Source: Eubacteriales bacterium (GTDB taxonomy: Bacteria; Bacillota; Clostridia; Oscillospirales; SIG627). From it: a DNA stretch of 64,000 bases. This document shows, one piece after another, positions 61,967-64,000 of this stretch. The translations under genes and the position numbers were made by a program. Where the stretch lies: NCBI GenBank assembly GCA_045601605.1, contig JAZRZY010000158.1, forward strand, positions 9,079 through 73,078, in the 5' to 3' direction. The notes beneath the pieces were generated by a model. That model was given only the letters and a program-made list of their open reading frames with translations. It was not told the origin of the DNA and ran no database searches. Position 1 is the stretch's first letter, and every line of letters starts with the position of its first letter.

Positions 61967-62698
61967 TTATGCACCTGACTTGCCCTTGAGCGTGCGAATG
62001 AGGCTTTGGGCAATTTCGTTCTCCGTTTTGCCTTCCAATGCAATTCGCACGCTTGCATCCGGAATTCCGGTCAAAAAATGCGAGTCGGAGGAGGAAAGCA
62101 CGAGATGCGGGAAGGTGTGCTTGGAGCGATACTCGGGTACGTTTTTCAGATCTCTGAATTCAACCGCACAAAAAGCGGGCGTTTCCGGAAGTGTGCCGAG
62201 GATGGCGATGATCCCGCCGCTTTCACGATCAATGTGCGCGGGATAGCATACTCCTGCGTGTTCGTTTACGAGATCGAATGCCTCTTCGAGGGAAAGGGCG
62301 GTAGCGGCGGAAAGCAAGAATTCGTCTTCGCCTATGATTTCATCGTCTGCATTCATGATCCATTGGTGACCGAACAGATCGGGGCGATTTTTTACGTTGA
62401 TGCGTTTTTCTTTGAGTTGATCTTCAAAGAGAGAGGCAGCCTCCAACGAGGGGAAAAGGCAGACGACGTGGATCTCTTCGGCGGTGGTCAGTTCCATCCC
62501 TGCAATCGGGATGACTCCGTACGCACGGCAGGCCTCAAAGAAAGCGGGGCAGTTGCGTGTCGTATTGTGGTCGGTCAGCGCCGCGATCTCAATTCCTGCA
62601 AGCTTGAGCATTCCGGCAATGGTCGCGGGGGTCATATCGTCGTCTGCGCAAGGAGAGAGGCAAGAATGGAGATGGAGATCGTAATAATAGGATTTCAT
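61967..62698 (-). CDS. PHP-domain phosphoesterase
   Basis: 243 aa containing YYDLHLHSCLSPCA, ALTDHN and SSSDSH. Confidence 0.7.
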   Translation of the reverse strand: MKSYYYDLHLHSCLSPCADDDMTPATIAGMLKLAGIEIAALTDHNTTRNCPAFFEACRAYGVIPIAGMELTTAEEIHVVCLFPSLEAASLFEDQLKEKRINVKNRPDLFGHQWIMNADDEIIGEDEFLLSAATALSLEEAFDLVNEHAGVCYPAHIDRESGGIIAILGTLPETPAFCAVEFRDLKNVPEYRSKHTFPHLVLSSSDSHFLTGIPDASVRIALEGKTENEIAQSLIRTLKGKSGA

Positions 62699-63024
62699 GT
62701 GTTGAGAAAGGAGAGTGAAAGTGCCGTTTCAAACGTCGGAAGATCACTTGTCAACAAGTTGATCTGTTTTTCTTTTGCGGCGTCGAGTACCTCTTGGGGA
62801 ACGTTGACACCTTCGCAAAAAACAACGCAGGAAAGCTCTGCGAGCGAGGCAACGGCAATCACGTTAACGTTTGTCATAATGGTCAAGAAAGCGTTGTCGG
62901 CTTCCGCGCGTCCCATCACCCAACTCAGCAAGTCTCCGACGTAGGCTCCGTTCACGGTGCGGTTTTCATCGCAAACGTAAAGGGGGGAGAGGTTGCTCTT
63001 CTCAATTACTTCACGAAGGGTCAT
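62695..63024 (-). CDS. DRTGG-domain protein
   Basis: 109 aa. GAYVGDLLSWVM...FLTIMTNVNVIAVA is typical of small DRTGG proteins. ATGA overlap with the PHP gene. Confidence 0.7.
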   Translation of the reverse strand: MTLREVIEKSNLSPLYVCDENRTVNGAYVGDLLSWVMGRAEADNAFLTIMTNVNVIAVASLAELSCVVFCEGVNVPQEVLDAAKEKQINLLTSDLPTFETALSLSFLNT

Positions 63025-64000
63025 CGGGTGAACTCTCCTTCACAATTTGCGCGTTCTCCAACTTTTCCTTCATTAAAATGACACAGTCGTTCTCGTTTGC
63101 CTCGCCGCGAACGACGTCCATCGCAAAGGCGTGACAAGTCGGGGAGCCGCAAGAACCGCAATCAATGTCGGGCAAGCGTTTTTTGAAAGCTTCGATGCGA
63201 GCCATCATTTTGAACGATTCGCTGCGGTCATCGGAAAGCTGTGAACAGGGCTGATACGTTGTTTGCTCCTCGAAGAAATATTGATCGGGGATCCAATCGC
63301 TGCCTTCTTCCTCGTTGTTGAAAAGCCAGTTGCGGGAGACGGGCAGATATCGGCGCAGAGTTTGGAGACGCGCCTTGGAAACGTACGGGTTGGTGACGGT
63401 CATCGTTCCGCCGACACAGCCGCCGGGGCACGCATTGAGCTCGATGAAATCGAGATTCGGCATATTGCCGTTTTCGATTTGATCCAGTACGCGGATCACG
63501 TTGTCAATGCCGTCGGCAGCAAGGTAATGATCGTTGAAAATGGCGGATGATTCGCCGCCGCTGGATGCCCAACCGATCCCGATCATGCCGGAACGCGAGA
63601 CGGGCGGAGGCGTTTTTTGTTGATCCATTACGCTGAGGAGCGCGAAATATACGTCGCTGATGGAGAGGACCATATCCACGTTGCTTTTTTTGCCGGGGAA
63701 ACCGTTGTTTACATAACTCACTTTGGCGGGGCAAGGTGAGATAAAGCAAACACAGATGTCGCTGTTTTTCAGCTCGGGGTGCTCCTCGTGTGCCTTTTCG
63801 CGCGCCAAAATCGCAGCAATTTCCATCGGCGGGAGAATTGGCATAATGCGGTCGCACAGTTCAGGGTAGCGCAAGCTGATGAGTCGGACAACTACGGGAC
63901 AGGCAGAGCTGATGATGGGAGTTCGGACATCGGAACGCTTCAAATAGCGTCTCGTGTAAGCAGAAACAAGCTCTGCCGCCTGCGAGACCTCGAAAACGTC
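63011..64000 (-). CDS. [FeFe]-hydrogenase-like protein with degenerate H-cluster motifs and a C-terminal Fe-S domain (putative regulatory); N-terminus beyond the window
   Basis: The frame stays open to base 64000 (...DVFEVSQAAELVSAYTRRYLKRSDV...), so the track start at 63943 is an internal TTG. Motifs are ISSACPVVV, FISPCPAKV and ELNACPGGCVGG. The C-terminal domain reads CGSCGSPTCHAFAMDVVRGEANENDC. Confidence 0.7.
   Translation of the reverse strand, partial: DVFEVSQAAELVSAYTRRYLKRSDVRTPIISSACPVVVRLISLRYPELCDRIMPILPPMEIAAILAREKAHEEHPELKNSDICVCFISPCPAKVSYVNNGFPGKKSNVDMVLSISDVYFALLSVMDQQKTPPPVSRSGMIGIGWASSGGESSAIFNDHYLAADGIDNVIRVLDQIENGNMPNLDFIELNACPGGCVGGTMTVTNPYVSKARLQTLRRYLPVSRNWLFNNEEEGSDWIPDQYFFEEQTTYQPCSQLSDDRSESFKMMARIEAFKKRLPDIDCGSCGSPTCHAFAMDVVRGEANENDCVILMKEKLENAQIVKESSPDDPS

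Noticed and set aside
61411-63024. The DRTGG + PHP + GHKL-ATPase trio as a possible anti-phage defence cassette
   Set aside because: The genes are translationally coupled to a hydrogenase-like gene upstream and to hydB/hydA downstream. As I recall, the same trio accompanies hydrogenase operons in other Clostridia. A hydrogenase-associated role is more parsimonious.

Overview
This is a 64-kb chromosomal window of moderately high GC. The gene content (spoIIGA-sigE, yabP/yabQ, cwlD, spoVB, [FeFe] hydrogenase) suggests a spore-forming Clostridia, possibly Oscillospiraceae/Ruminococcaceae-like; that placement is inference only. I call about 70 protein genes, 2 tRNAs (Ala-GGC, Val-CAC), 2 riboswitches (lysine L-box before dapAB, FMN before ribU), and many near-consensus sigma-A promoters and intrinsic terminators read by eye.

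Most of the content is core housekeeping, in this order:
- pepP-like (partial), yqeG, sigE, spoIIGA
- a 4-gene cell-surface glycan operon
- split transketolase, then a Cof HAD hydrolase
- the division-distal block rluD-lspA-ileS-divIVA-yggT-sepF-yggS
- miaA-queA, then L-box-dapA-dapB
- HD and PHP hydrolases, mgtE, an M23 peptidase, hpf
- a LacI-headed aminotransferase/oxidoreductase operon
- a zinc-ribbon membrane protein, a U32 peptidase, an AAE-family transporter, a Cys-rich orphan
- tRNA-Ala, FMN-ribU-riboflavin kinase, tRNA-Val, upp
- divIC-yabQ-yabP-yabO-hup-mazG-radA-cwlD
- a Xer-type recombinase, spoVB, two SGNH esterases
- a hydrogenase cluster running off the right edge

I saw no CRISPR array, transposase, phage block or recognisable defence island, and I cannot point to one clear-cut novel multi-gene system. 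The least explained items are:
- an orphan promoter-to-terminator unit at 39860-40120, a candidate ~220-nt sRNA
- an orphan HPr-kinase-like/PqqD(RRE) fusion at 41738-42745
- the face-to-face arrangement of the lysine riboswitch and the queA leader
- the hydrogenase-linked DRTGG/PHP/GHKL-ATPase module, which lacks a NuoE-type gene
- the extracytoplasmic PIG-L / GT2-GtrA / phosphodiester-glycosidase operon
- a 292-aa Cys-rich protein

All functional calls rest on motifs and on colinearity recalled from memory. No database search was run.
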